64,000 nucleotides of DNA from Cladosporium halotolerans (GCF_011745625.1 NW_027191496.1:62001-126000), one strand, 5' to 3'. Counted from the first letter of the stretch, positions 36,650-48,648 are shown. The notes: a model not told the origin generated them from the letters alone. Numbers and translations: made by a program.

Positions 36650-37108
36650 CTACTGGGGCTCCGTGCCGACGACGAACTTCGTGTGCGTAGCCGACACGAC
36701 TGTTTTGCCCCTCTTGCCGTTCTCGATCTTGTAAATGTTCACTTTCGTGAAGGCTAGGCTGCCACCGACCTTCTCTGCGATGCCCTCAATCTCGACCTCC
36801 TCGCCCACCTTGGCACCGGCCTGGTACGTGACGTGGATGTCGACGCTCACGCCAGTGTTCTCGCGCAGGTCCCAGGTCGCGATCGCCATGCCACCTGCCC
36901 AGTCCACGATGGTAGCGCTCACCGAACCGTGCAAGGATTTGCCCGAGTTCATGTGGTTGTGGCCGAGGACCAGCCTGGCGAGGACGTGGCCCTTGGTGGC
37001 ATGCGTTATACGCACTGGAGCCAGCAGGAAGTTATAGATGGGGCTGCCGGGCAGCTTGGTCTTGACGAGGTGCTCAATATGAGCGTGCTCGGGAGACTTT
37101 GAGGCCAT
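36650..37108 (-). CDS. PaaI/ACOT13-like hotdog-fold acyl-CoA thioesterase
   Basis: HMNSGKSLHGSVSATIVDWAGG, GVSVDIHVTY, KVGGSLAFT and HTKFV motifs; 152 aa. Confidence 0.9.
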   Translation of the reverse strand: MASKSPEHAHIEHLVKTKLPGSPIYNFLLAPVRITHATKGHVLARLVLGHNHMNSGKSLHGSVSATIVDWAGGMAIATWDLRENTGVSVDIHVTYQAGAKVGEEVEIEGIAEKVGGSLAFTKVNIYKIENGKRGKTVVSATHTKFVVGTEPQ

Positions 37109-37743
37109 TGTGGGCTGATGGGACGAGATGAACTAGAGAATATATCAGTCATCCAATATCAAGAGCGAGTTGCCCGTCAAGACGGCATGCTCCGTAGCAT
37201 GGGGTCTAGCAGAGGCAACCATGCCGGGTTGCGGCAGCAGAAGGAGTGTGTATACCTTGGAAGGAGAAGTGAAAGTTGAGTATGGAATTTTATAGCATGT
37301 GTAGCGAAGAAGCCCGACTCACCCGAACGAGCACAGACCGCTGACGTGTGAACCGCAACCCTAGTTAACTCAAGCCGACATTCGTCAAACACCTTGTGTC
37401 ATGTATATTGCAAACACCACCAACCGGTGCTCGCTTGATCCTTCGTTATCCACGTGAGAAGTTTCTATTCCAAGATCTCGCCAGTAAAATTCTTAGCACG
37501 TGCTGCATGTCCGTGTGCAGCCGTTGTGACTTATTATATCCCAAGCCTTGATATCCTACCTTATCTTCCACCCAACGTCCTTTCAAATTGGCGCGACTCG
37601 CAGGCTGGGCAACATCCCTTCGCCGCAATCTCCCTTGGCTAGTCGGACAAACAGGACGCTCCGCCAACCCTCGCAAAGCCTGGCCTGCTGCAACCGACTC
37701 GTCCGACTACGGCCAATGGCCGCAGCGGAAGTCCAAGCCCGAT

Positions 37744-40700
37744 ATGTCTGCCCCGCCGGATGAACAGCAATCTTCCTACCTTTCTTCACTATCCAAACTA
37801 TCGCCCTGGACTCGTAGTCCGGCCATACCTCCCAGCAAAGGCAAAGATGGCGAGCCCGACGCGTCTCCGCTTCTGCAACAGCAGAAGGGTGCGGATCATA
37901 GGGTCTTGGGCTCTCGTCACAAGATGAGCCAGAGGAAGTACCCTGCTGACTGCCCACCCATGAGAGTGCAGTGGTTCCACGCTGTGGATGTACCAAAGAG
38001 AAGGCCCAACCCTGCCGGCGAAAGGAAAGAGGAGGACAAGAAGCCGGCGGCGCCGAAGAAGTATGTTGCCTTCTCGAAGACAGACTCCAAGGCTATCGAA
38101 GCTGCGTTCCAGAAGCTGGGAGACGAGGAAGACGCTGTCGAAATCGGACGAAGGGAATTGAGCGAAAGCGTGGACGCGCAGAAATCCAAGCCCCGAGACA
38201 ATCAGAAGCCGGCCTCGAAGGATGCACAGAAATCAAGCCCGTTGAAAGTTCCGGTCAACGAGGACTACCTGTTTGATGTGGACGTCGAGCAACGAGAGTT
38301 GGGCCCCGCGTACTGGTTGGGTCCAGTGTACGATGTGCGTCGCGGAACATGGTTCTACCAAGAAGGCGCCGTTCAAAGGCCATGCGACGAGAACCTCGCC
38401 GCCCAGCTAGAAGAGGGCTACCTGAAGGTGAAGGCATGGCGATTGCAGTCGCCTGACACCAAGCAAAAGCAAAGATCCGTTTCTCAGCCGAGAGCGCGAC
38501 CAACATCATGGCCGGCTGGCGAGGACGCAGGTAAGCCTGCAGCCTCGGGCTCCCTGACTCAGAAGAACAGTGATCCAGATCTTCGGGTGGAAGCATCGAC
38601 AAAGGCCGCAGAAGGCGCCGACAGCAACAGAGATCAGCCATCGAACACTTATCGCCTATTTGGTGCTCACATGAGCTCTGTTGTCACCTACCAAGACGCC
38701 AACACCGCATGGCTGTTGACTGACGATTTCATGTCCCGAATGAACTACACAATGTATCAACGATTTGCTGGCGGGGGTCACTTCGCTGGTGTCAAGATGA
38801 CGCGAGGCTATGTACCGACAGGCAAGAAGGCAGAAGTCAAAGGCGACAAAGCAGCAGGCACACCGAACGCAGCTTCTGGCCAACCCAAGTCTGAAGGAGA
38901 GAAGTCAGCTGGTCAGAGTGAAAGCGGAGACGACGATGCCGAGCTCCCCTTCGAGGCCAGACGGCGGACTCTGGAGCGACAAGTGAGTTACTTATTGGAG
39001 GACTCTCAGGATCCTGCGAAGCAAGATGAAGAGCGCCGCCGCCGAGATGAACGTGAAATTGAAGATGACTACCGAGAGACGGACGGTGACGAGCAAGGTC
39101 GTGACATCGAACATCTGATTCTAGTGACGCACGGTATCGGTCAACGTTTAGGTCTGCGTTTGGACAGCGTCAACTTTGTGCACGACGTCAACACACTTCG
39201 AAAGACTCTGAAAGCCGTCTATGCCGAGTCTCCTGATTTACGTGCCTTGAATGCTGAACTTGACACCCACGCCAAGTCGAATTGTCGAGTGCAGGTTCTA
39301 CCGATCTGTTGGCGTCATCTCCTTGACTTCCCTAAACACAGCCTGAAAAAGAATCGCGCCGAACATGATCTCGGCGACTCTGGTTTCGGCGACGAAGACC
39401 AATACCCAAACTTGAACGACATCACTGTCGATGGCGTGCCAGCTGTGCGCAATCTTATCACTGATCTTGCTCTGGATATCCTGCTATATCAATCGCCAGC
39501 TTATAAGGATCACATCTCTCGTATCGTACTGGAAGAATGCAATCGCATATATCACCTCTTCATGGATCGAAATCCGACTTTCAGCGGCAAGGTCAGCATG
39601 ATCGGCCATTCTCTTGGATCAGCCATCATGTTTGATCTTCTTTGCAAGCAGGGCCGTAAGGACATACATCCGAGGAAAGACAAGCACCCGTTGAAGCTGG
39701 ACTTTGAAGTCGAAGATTTCTACGCTCTAGGCTCACCCATTGGCCTCTTCCAGATGCTCAAGGGTCGAACGATCACTGCCAGAGAGCCTGCAACCCGCTC
39801 GCGCAACACCAGCGCGACTATGGAAGACCCCATGCTGGATGCTTCAGCTCTCGGGGGCGGGAAGAAACCTACGCCGAACATCGATGTTCTCACCGGAGAC
39901 CTTCCAGTGTCAAGCCCGAAATGTGCTCAGGTCTTCAATATCTTCCACCCCACAGACCCCATCAGCTATCGCATGGAGCCACTTATTTCGCCCTCCATGT
40001 CATCTCTGAAACCGCAGCCTCTGCCGTATACAAAGCGTGGTATCTTCGGTGCTCCAGTGGGGCAAGGTCTGACTGGCATCAGCAACCGCGTCGGACAGAG
40101 CGTGAGCAGTCTTTGGTCAAGCATGAGCTCAGGCTTGGCCTCTTCACTCCTGACGCGAGGTCTTGGATACACAGGCGATGAGCCAACAAGAACGTCGAAC
40201 CCTAATGAGAAGGGAAAGAGTTCAGCCCCACTGAGCATGGGCGCTGGCAACAATGTAGCTGCCAACATCGTCTCAGGCCAACCATCTGCACCACAGCCCA
40301 CAGATGGCACCAAGATCGCAAAGCTTGACGAGGAGAAACAAGCGAAGCTCGCGACAGACGCTCTCGCAGCGGGCGAGAAGGGCCAACATCCGCCGACGTT
40401 GATCGATCAAGAGCTTGAGACGCTGTATGCCGGGTATGAGAAGCATCGGAAGGTGATCTCAGAAGCCCATGCCAGGGACTCGCCACACATGGATCCTGAT
40501 GAGTTGCACGAGGCAGAGGAGCGAGGTAAGAAGCTCCGCAAAGAAGAGGCGAAGGTCCGAGGTTTGAACTCCAATGGTCGCGTCGATTATGCTATCCAAG
40601 AGGGCGCTTTCGACATCAACTTACTCGCGGCGATTGCGAGCCATCTGAGCTATTGGGCCGACGAGGATGTCAGCCATTTCATGATCAGCCAGCTGTTGAG

Positions 40701-40746
40701 CCGGCACAGAGTGGTGAAGAGGAGAGAGTCGGCGAAGTCCCAATGA
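37744..40746 (+). CDS. DDL1: DDHD-domain phospholipase A1 (Ddl1/YOR022C-like); possible TTG-initiated extension from 37588
   Basis: VRRGTWF, HLILVTHGIGQ, lipase GHSLGS, NIFHPTDPISYRMEPL, GRVDYAIQ and SHLSYW motifs; intronless. Confidence 0.9.
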   Translation: MSAPPDEQQSSYLSSLSKLSPWTRSPAIPPSKGKDGEPDASPLLQQQKGADHRVLGSRHKMSQRKYPADCPPMRVQWFHAVDVPKRRPNPAGERKEEDKKPAAPKKYVAFSKTDSKAIEAAFQKLGDEEDAVEIGRRELSESVDAQKSKPRDNQKPASKDAQKSSPLKVPVNEDYLFDVDVEQRELGPAYWLGPVYDVRRGTWFYQEGAVQRPCDENLAAQLEEGYLKVKAWRLQSPDTKQKQRSVSQPRARPTSWPAGEDAGKPAASGSLTQKNSDPDLRVEASTKAAEGADSNRDQPSNTYRLFGAHMSSVVTYQDANTAWLLTDDFMSRMNYTMYQRFAGGGHFAGVKMTRGYVPTGKKAEVKGDKAAGTPNAASGQPKSEGEKSAGQSESGDDDAELPFEARRRTLERQVSYLLEDSQDPAKQDEERRRRDEREIEDDYRETDGDEQGRDIEHLILVTHGIGQRLGLRLDSVNFVHDVNTLRKTLKAVYAESPDLRALNAELDTHAKSNCRVQVLPICWRHLLDFPKHSLKKNRAEHDLGDSGFGDEDQYPNLNDITVDGVPAVRNLITDLALDILLYQSPAYKDHISRIVLEECNRIYHLFMDRNPTFSGKVSMIGHSLGSAIMFDLLCKQGRKDIHPRKDKHPLKLDFEVEDFYALGSPIGLFQMLKGRTITAREPATRSRNTSATMEDPMLDASALGGGKKPTPNIDVLTGDLPVSSPKCAQVFNIFHPTDPISYRMEPLISPSMSSLKPQPLPYTKRGIFGAPVGQGLTGISNRVGQSVSSLWSSMSSGLASSLLTRGLGYTGDEPTRTSNPNEKGKSSAPLSMGAGNNVAANIVSGQPSAPQPTDGTKIAKLDEEKQAKLATDALAAGEKGQHPPTLIDQELETLYAGYEKHRKVISEAHARDSPHMDPDELHEAEERGKKLRKEEAKVRGLNSNGRVDYAIQEGAFDINLLAAIASHLSYWADEDVSHFMISQLLSRHRVVKRRESAKSQ

Positions 40747-40867
40747 TCTTCCGGAGTAGGCAGAATGTCACATGCTCCACTAAATGTACGTATCTTGGGT
40801 ATCACATCTCGTCACATTTCCCAACACCAAAAAACACATGCTCTCCTTTTTCCGTCCTGGTTTCCAA

Positions 40868-41686
40868 TCACGCTACGCTCAATCTTCCGTGGCCAATCCA
40901 TCCGTTCCATACAACACCCCCTTCTTGCACGGCCACGTCCTCCGCTGTCCTCCCGGCTGCATCCCGCAGGCTCCTGATATCCACCAAATCGTCCTGATCC
41001 TCCCTCATCACGCCCATAGCCGCCGCCTCCTGGAATACCAGGGGCGGGAAATCAATCTCAGGGAACTTGCTCGCAATCAAAAGCAGCAGCCACGCAACCT
41101 CTCTGTGCCCGCCAGCCGCAGCGGCGTGCAGACCGGACTGCATGCCGCCGAGCGGGTCCTGGTAGCGCAAGATTTCCGCAGGCGACTTCGAAGGGCCAGA
41201 CAATGGGTTGTTTCTCATGCCGTCCGTATCCATCGCGTCGCCGTCATCCTCATCCTCGTCATCGTCGTCGCCGGCTTGCAGCAAGTCGATGATGGCCCTG
41301 TGGTCGCCCTCGCGGCAGAACTCCAGAAAGGCGCGACACTTGCGCTCCTCGGGGTACGCGCGTAGATAGCTCTCCTCCTGCAGGATGGGGAAGATGTCGA
41401 TCTTCTCTTGCATGCCGCCCTCGTTGTTCAGGTTGACGAGGATCTGGGGCTGTGGGGCTGCTGACGAACTGCCCGCTGCCGGGTGCGAGGTGATCTCGAT
41501 GTCGCAGGCTGGGCATTTGGACAGCTCGTAGGTGTCTAGCAGGCATTCCCAGTGGAAGTGGTCGTGGCAGGGCAGCTCGACGTCGTCTGGCACGGTGTTG
41601 TTGGTGGGATTGGATTGCATGTCTTCATTGTCGGAGTCGTCGATCTCATGGACGAGGGGGTCGTGGCATTTTGCGCAGGTGGACAT
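40868..41686 (-). CDS. Uncharacterised RING-like zinc finger plus ankyrin-like repeat protein
   Basis: CAKC...CHDHFHWEC...CPAC, then ankyrin-like SGLHAAAAGGHREVAWLLL and RDAAGRTAEDVA; 272 aa, intronless. Confidence 0.8.
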   Translation of the reverse strand: MSTCAKCHDPLVHEIDDSDNEDMQSNPTNNTVPDDVELPCHDHFHWECLLDTYELSKCPACDIEITSHPAAGSSSAAPQPQILVNLNNEGGMQEKIDIFPILQEESYLRAYPEERKCRAFLEFCREGDHRAIIDLLQAGDDDDEDEDDGDAMDTDGMRNNPLSGPSKSPAEILRYQDPLGGMQSGLHAAAAGGHREVAWLLLLIASKFPEIDFPPLVFQEAAAMGVMREDQDDLVDIRSLRDAAGRTAEDVAVQEGGVVWNGWIGHGRLSVA

Positions 41687-42092
41687 GTTGATTGCTTCGG
41701 ATCCCGAAAGATCCGCTAAATAGACCAGAGAAGGAAAACAAGATCTGTCAAGCTATTAGAGCATTCATTCGTAAGAGTAAGCGTGTATGGCCCCTCTCTT
41801 TCTTCTCCAAGTCTTCCAAACTTTCTGCGCTGACGTCGTTATCGATAGCAGCTTGAGCATGGGTCACCTGTTGTTGCCTAGCAGCGGCACGGCAGTGTTT
41901 ATCGCTAGCCGGGCAGAGCCTGTCGTGCGCCTGCATGAAGCTGCGACCTGCGTCCCGACCTTCACTTCCAGAGACATCGCATCCAGCACAGGACACCTGT
42001 CGCCTCCATCGCCGACTATTTCATCAGCTTCCCTGCTGCATGGCGCCCAGCTGAACACCCACCACCACCACGCACCACCACACCCACCCGCC

Positions 42093-44257
42093 ATGGAAGA
42101 CCAGGCTTATCTCGAGCAGGGTTTTGACCCGTCCACCCTTACCGTCCCACGTTTGCGCTCTATCCTTGTCGCCCACGGCGTTGACTACCCGGCTTCATCC
42201 AAGAAGGCGCAGCTCGTCGACATCTTCACTGAGAATGTTGCTCCGCAGGCACGCCGCCTTCGTGCCGCGAATGCGCGCGTGAGGCGCACCAGCCGCGGCA
42301 TCGAGAATATGCCGTCGCAAGGCAGCACCGCCGACGAGGATGAGGAGGAGGAGGAAGAGCCAGCTCCTCCGCGTAGTGCGCTCAGGTCTTCTAGGCGTTC
42401 GACCAGAGCCAGAACGGAGGAAGCGCAGGAAGTCGAGCCTACTCCGAGAGCTGCCAGACACACAACCGCGCCGCCACAAGGAGTCGCGCCCACGCCCAGG
42501 CGCGTATCAACAAAGCACGCGCGCCCCGTTGAGCCTGTCGAGGAGCCCGAGCCGAAGCGTCCGGCGAGCAGGAAGTCTCTTGCTGATGTTGCGACGCCGG
42601 TAGCGAAGAGGGATGGCCGCGCTAGAGACGAGACCAGCCCGTTTTCGAACCAGAATGTCTTCCAATCCGGAGGATCACCACCAGCGCCTCGCACGACCGA
42701 TCGCAGACGCACCACATACGGCTCCACGCGCACCGTCTCCAGGACCCGCAGCCGGGAGGCCAGGCGCAGAACGGAGGAACACCGTCCTCTCCGCGAGCAG
42801 ACCGATGGTGTTGTGGTGCCAACTAGGAGGACTTTCGAGGTCCCCGTCACACGCGCACCGAAGGTTGAGCAGCACGAAGAAGTTGAGCCGGATGAGGAAT
42901 TTACGCCTGAAGAGGAGCAGGCACTTGTGCAAGCTGAGCAGGCTGGTAACCTCGTACCCGCACGCCGCAAGACGAAGAAACCTGGTAGCAGCGCAGCGAA
43001 GGTCGGACCCGCTGCCCTCTTTACTGCCCTCCTGGCTGGACTCGCAACCCTCTATAGGCAAGAGAAGCTGCAAGTAGGATATTGTGGTGTTGGCCACCCC
43101 AGCACGGAGATCGCTGGGCAGGAGATTCCGGAGTGGGCAGATATCGCGCGTCCAGTATGCGAGCCTTGCCCTCCTCATGCCTACTGCCACGAGAATCTTC
43201 AGACCGAGTGCGAGCCCGGGTTCATTCTGACGCCCCTTCCGCTTTCTTTCGGCGGCGCCATTCCGCTGCCGCCCACTTGTGAGCCAGACAGTGCTCGCGA
43301 GAGGAAGGTTCAAGCAATCAAGGCGCGCGCCGTCGAGAAGCTCCGGGAACAGAACGCCAAATACGAATGCAACGAAGCGCCACAACCTGAACTGAAAGAG
43401 AACGAGCTCAAGAAAGCCATCAACACTCTCATCCCCAAGAAGAAGATGTCAAACCAAGAATTTGAAGACTTGTGGTCAAGCGCGCTCGGAGAGATCCAGA
43501 ACTCGGACGAAATCACGAGCGGTTCAGATGGGTAAGTCATCTCAGCAATTCTCTTACTTATCCCCTTACACGACCAGTTCCCTTGTTCTATTTGACCCAA
43601 GTTGACCAGCAAAACTGACAGACCTTCCCCCTCGACAGCGTCACGGGCTTCACGCTCCGATCCAACAGCCTCGCCCGCATCCCCCTCAGCTGCGCCGTCC
43701 GACGATCCCTTCGCGCAACGCTTAGACAGTATCTTTGGCAACTTGTAGGCTTTCTCCTCCTCTCCAGCAGCACCCTCTACGGCCGCCACCGCATCACCGA
43801 CAGCCGCGAAACCGAGGTGCGCGCCAAGCAGCTCGCCGGCCTCGCGCTTCGCAAACTCAACGAACAGGCCAGCCTGCACGCCCAGGACCCCGCCGCCTGG
43901 GGCGAAAGCTACATCAGCATGGCGCAGCTGCGCGACGACGTCCTGCGCGACGAGTTCTCCGCCGCGCGCCGCAAGAAGCTGTGGGAGAAGGTGCAGAAGA
44001 AGGTCGAGGCGAACTCGAACGTGCGGCCGATGGTGCGCGAGGGCCGCACGGGCGACGTCGGCAGGGTCTGGGAGTGGATTGGCGCCGTGGGCGCTATTGA
44101 GAGCCCGTATGCTGCTGATAGGAGGAAGAGCGGCGGCGGGTTCAGAGACAGCTTGGGAAGCCTTGCTGGGGAGAAGCTGATTGAGCCTGGGATGGCGGAG
44201 GTTAAGGATGAGGGGAGGATGGTCAGCAAGTGGGAGGAGAAGAAGCCGTACTTTTGA
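42093..44257 (+). CDS. SRC1: Inner nuclear membrane LEM/HEH-Man1 protein Src1; exons 42093-43531, 43639-44257
   Basis: HEH domain FDPSTLTVPRLRSILVAHGVDYPASSKKAQLV; TM1; luminal Cys region GYCG...CEPCPPHAYC; TM2; MSC domain QLRDDVL...VWEWIG. Confidence 0.92.
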
Positions 44258-44675
44258 GTTTGCTTCTGGTGGCTCAGAGAGGATTTCGACTTGGGTTTTT
44301 TCTGCCCTTGGAGATCGCTCGCGCGACGCGGTCTGTTTCGATAGACGCTGGCGTTTTGCGCTGGGAGTCTGAACGTTTATGATACCACGGGAATTTGTAT
44401 GTTTTAATGTCTCTTTGATGCTCTCGTGTACTATTTCGTCATAATCACAATTCGAGATTGGTTTTGTTCATCCAACCGCCATTTCCGCTCTCAGCATGAA
44501 GGGTTTGATGATTGTTGAAGTCTTTTGGGGGAAACGTTTGTGATCAGATATCAAATGCTCATGGATGTTATGTTGTTGTAGGTAGTTATACAAAAGTCCG
44601 CTGAAAACGTTCAGGCAGTGCGAAGTTTCACCGAACGCTCTGCTCCAAGACCTCACCTCCTGTGGGGATCCCACT

Positions 44676-46119
44676 TCACTCAATGACCTGAGCTTGCGGC
44701 GCGACAGGCGCACCGTCCCCGTTGCCGGCACCAGGGAAGCCCTCCATCGGCGGCACACCATTCATACCACTCAAGTCCATAGCCTGACCAGGAGCCGCGG
44801 GAGCACCCATCGTCTGCCCTCCTCCATTCATCTCCGCACCACCCATTACAGCATCCTGCGGCAAAGCCGGCAGCCCGTTCGCCCCGGCAGCCGCCATGGC
44901 AACCTCGGGCGGCGGCGAGTAGAGGCAGTAGACAGGGCCCTGCAGGTTCTCGCCGTCGAAGAGCGCGAAGTTCTGGATGGGCTGCTCGCGCTTGCCGAGC
45001 ACGTTGATGACGTCCTCCGCCAGGCGGCCGCCGACGAAAGCTGCCGTCGTCGGGATCTCGGCGCCGATGTTCTGCAAGAAGGAGCGCAGGAACTCGGACT
45101 TGAGCGTTTCGGGCGGCAGCTGCAGCTCGCGGGACTTGGTCGTCGCGAGCGAGGTGAAGTTTGAGAGGTCCTGGGAGGTGTGGTTGGGCAGGCGCGAGGT
45201 GTTGCGCTGGAACTCGAAGAGGGCGCGCAGGCAGGGGAGGAGCGGCGAGACGGCTTTGAGCTTGCGACGGTTGCTGAGGATGTCGGGTGGGAGGGGCGAG
45301 GAGTTGCTGAGGATCAGCGGGCAGTAGGTCTCGCGCTTCGTGACGATCTCGGTGGTCTTGCCGTTAGGCTCGTTCTTCGTCGTCGATGAGAGGACGACGC
45401 GGGTGATGGTCTCGGGTGCTAGGCTTGTGGGAACGTTGGATTTCTCGCGCTCGATGATGAAGTCGTGTTGGACGAGATCGGCGAAGATGCAGCCGTAGGT
45501 TCCGTGGATGGATGCCGCGTAGAAAGGCCTGCCAGCAAACCGGGCGGCCGTGTTGATGATGCTGAGCACGTTAAAGTCATGGTCGCAGGCGATGACGACC
45601 GAATATGGCGTGTAATGGGTTTGATCTTTGGCGAGCAAATTTGACAGACCCCCACCAGAGGTGATGGTCACTCGGGGATTGAGTTCTTGAATGCGTGGGA
45701 TGGCTGAAGCGGCACGCTGTGATAGGTTTAGCATAGCTTCTTCGCCTTGGATTCTGATCTAAGGCTGAACGTACTGGTTTGCCAATATCCTCGTCACGGA
45801 GGAAGTAGCATGAGCCAAGATCCTCTTCGGTCACCGGCTCATCGTCAACGATGGTCAGCGAACTGATGCCAGCTAGAGTGAGGTTCTTCGCGATCTCAGT
45901 CCCCAATGCGCGGAGAGAGATCAGAAGGATATGGGCGCTGCGAATGCGTTCTTGCGCCTGTGCGCCCCACAGTCTGATTTGCCTGTCGTAAAGAGCGATC
46001 TCGTCGGCGCTCAGTCCAGGCGCCGTGATGGTCGTCTCCTCAGCCGCGCCGTTTGTGGCGGGAGGGTTACCGTCGACGCCATTCGATGCGATCTGCGCGT
46101 CGATTGGAGGAGCTGCCAT
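44676..46119 (-). CDS. AOS1: SUMO-activating enzyme E1 subunit Aos1/Rad31; exons 46119-45775, 45716-44676
   Basis: EIALYDRQIRLWG, EIAKNLTLAGI, IQELNPRV and AFVGGRLAEDVINVLGKREQPIQNF motifs. Intron GTACGT...CAG. Confidence 0.93.
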
Positions 46120-46781
46120 GTCTAGTGGTCCGATAGGCTAATCCGATAATTGAGTAGAAGAATGACAGGGAAGCAGAGCGCCGCTGCGGGTCTCGAGGCG
46201 GGCCCTAGTCGCGAGTGGAGGTGTTTGAAGCAGTGCCGGCGTGGCGAGTAGGCGTGATGCGATGCTGGAGCTTCACCGACGTGCCAAACAGAAAAATGGA
46301 GCGCCAGCCGAGTCACCTGACGTGAAGTAAGTGAGTTCGAGTTGAGAGTCAAGCGTGCGGGAAAAAGCACATGCGCATCTCGAGGATTACGTATACGGGC
46401 GTATTCAGTTCGACGTTCACAGGCTGAACGGCGCGCCGGCTGTCTGGGCCTCAGTTGGTGCCTCAGTCACCACACCACCTCAGTCGCGTGCCCGGCGGGC
46501 TGGACGAGGTGGGCTTCGCGGTGCCACCCGTGCCTGGGTGGGTGGGAGCGTGCCTGCCTGTGCTGCCTCACCTGCATGCGGCCGAGAACCGAGCGACGCC
46601 CGCTGCACCACGCACCGTCATCGCCCATCAAGTAGTCCCCCCGCTAGCACACACACCACCTACTGCCACCGCACCGCTGCTCCACGCCTTTCAGATGACA
46701 CCGGAGGCGTCCGGTTTGCGACGTCCAAACCACTTCGTTCAGTGACACCAAGTAGCCCTCACCTCGGGCTGACAACCCAGC

Positions 46782-48356
46782 ATGCCAGAGTCTCGCCCGT
46801 TGTCCTCACTGAGGGTACGTGAAGACGCGGATGCGATAATGCCTCATGTATATACTGATCTGCGTGAAGGCCTCCTACTTCGATATTCCTCCTGCAACCG
46901 CTGATACCGCTTCGTCGTATCCGGATCGCCACACGAGCCTCAGGCGCGCTCTGCGAAACACCACCGACCTCGCTCGAGATGCTTCCCAAGGCGGTAACTC
47001 TGCCTTTGGTCCCGCGATCGATTCGCCCCGCAATGCTACTATGAGCTTTCTTCGAAGAGCTCGCCGTCGCATTAGAGAGTCCACTAGGACCGAATACCAG
47101 ACCGAAGACGACAATGCCGACGACGCGCCCGAGGCCCGGTCCTCGAAGCGGAGGAGGCTGAATCCCGACACGCATCGTCCTGCCAAAGGGGCAATAAAGT
47201 ACGGTCGCTATGGGCAAGTCGAGACCGGGAGACTTCGCATGGAAATCGTGAGCAACGACGGAGGAGAGCACAAGGATCCGAGGCATCCAGGTATATTTCT
47301 GGGCGCCAGCAATATCTTGAAAATGGATAAGAGCGTGTTCTGCTCTGAGAGGACGAGTGCTGGTATCGTTTTGAAGCATGCGGATAACACGCCATTCTGC
47401 TTGGAGAAGCTGCATATCGTTGGGCCAGAACATGGCTTTACTGCACCGTAAGAATACGCGCCCTCAAAACAGTAACGGAAGAATATGCTAACTATTGCAG
47501 TGTTCGCGAGGGTATCGTTTATGTTGCCATGGACATGGAGGACTTGAGGCTCTACCAGGACCCGCCTTTCCATGCCCGTCGTAGTGGCATCCACGAGCCA
47601 CCGTACAATCACAGTCTCTATCGCAATATCAGAGCATCCCCGGAGCGTCTAACACTCTCTGACGCCTTGCGAGATCCTGAAATCGCAAATGGACGCTTCT
47701 CCCCAATACCGCGCGAGCCGGAAGATCCACCTGACGAGGAATCATATTACGACGCCGACTACCTTCGGCAGGCAGATCCGGAATTCCACTGCGATATTCC
47801 TTCGCCTCCCGCAGACTCACTGCAGACCTCTTTCTCCGAGAGCAGCGTCCCTTTCACCGTCCTCAGCGACGAAGAACCCGAGGTTGAAGATGTTTCGCCC
47901 CAAGAGGTGCTAGATTACCGCCTACAACGCATGAGGCGCATGCCTAGGAGACACGATCCGGACAACTTGGATCGCGAAGAAGGCTGGTCAAATGCCGATC
48001 CTATGGGCGGCTTCGGAAACGCCTGGTCACAATCCACCAACAGGCTAGAGACATTGATGGCTCGCGCAAGACCTTACCACAGCCCATCTCCTGACGACAT
48101 GCCTCCTGATGATCGACGCGAACCTGTAGAGCGATCGAAAGTACCGCCGCCTGGTTTTGACGATCCGAGCGTCAGCACCGCAAGATTCTACATCAAGCGC
48201 GGCAAGTCTCGAATTGCGATCAAGTTCGATCCGCCTGTCAGCGGGCGTTATATCTTGCTCAAGCTCTGGGCGAACAGGAGTAATGTGGATGTGCAAAGTG
48301 TGATCGCAAAGGGCTATGCCGGGCCAAGGTTCTTCCCTGCTGTGGAGCTCATGTGA
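46782..48356 (+). CDS. Uncharacterised protein, possible split galactose-binding/discoidin-like fold; exons 46782-46814, 46870-47447, 47501-48356
   Basis: Two GT-AG introns join the ORFs in frame. Ordered-looking blocks LRMEIVSNDGG...SVFCS...PFCLEKLHIVGP...GFTAPVREGIVYVAM and IAIKFDPPVSGRYILLKLW flank an acidic disordered insert. The first exon is less certain. Confidence 0.75.
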
Positions 48357-48648
48357 TGGCGAGGAGCTCCTATTTTCATGACGGGCAAAGTTTGATGCAG
48401 TACACAGAAATGCACAGGCATGAGCAATGAATGAGCTCGCCGATATGGCAGCGACGATGGACACGAACATTCTCAGAAGGAATCACCTTCGTTCAAACTT
48501 TCTTGGTCACCCCTTGAAGGATTAGTTAGGACGATCGTACTAAATGCTTCCAGACTCTCTCTCGTGTTTGACATCCGCCACTAATGGCTCAATTTGTCGT
48601 ATTCTACATTTACGATTACATGTTCACGCGGCAGCGACCTGCATTACA

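Noticed and set aside
41787..42092. In-frame upstream ATG extending SRC1 by 102 aa
   Set aside because: It lies in the short divergent promoter, and the HEH domain normally starts the protein. ATG 42093 has good context.
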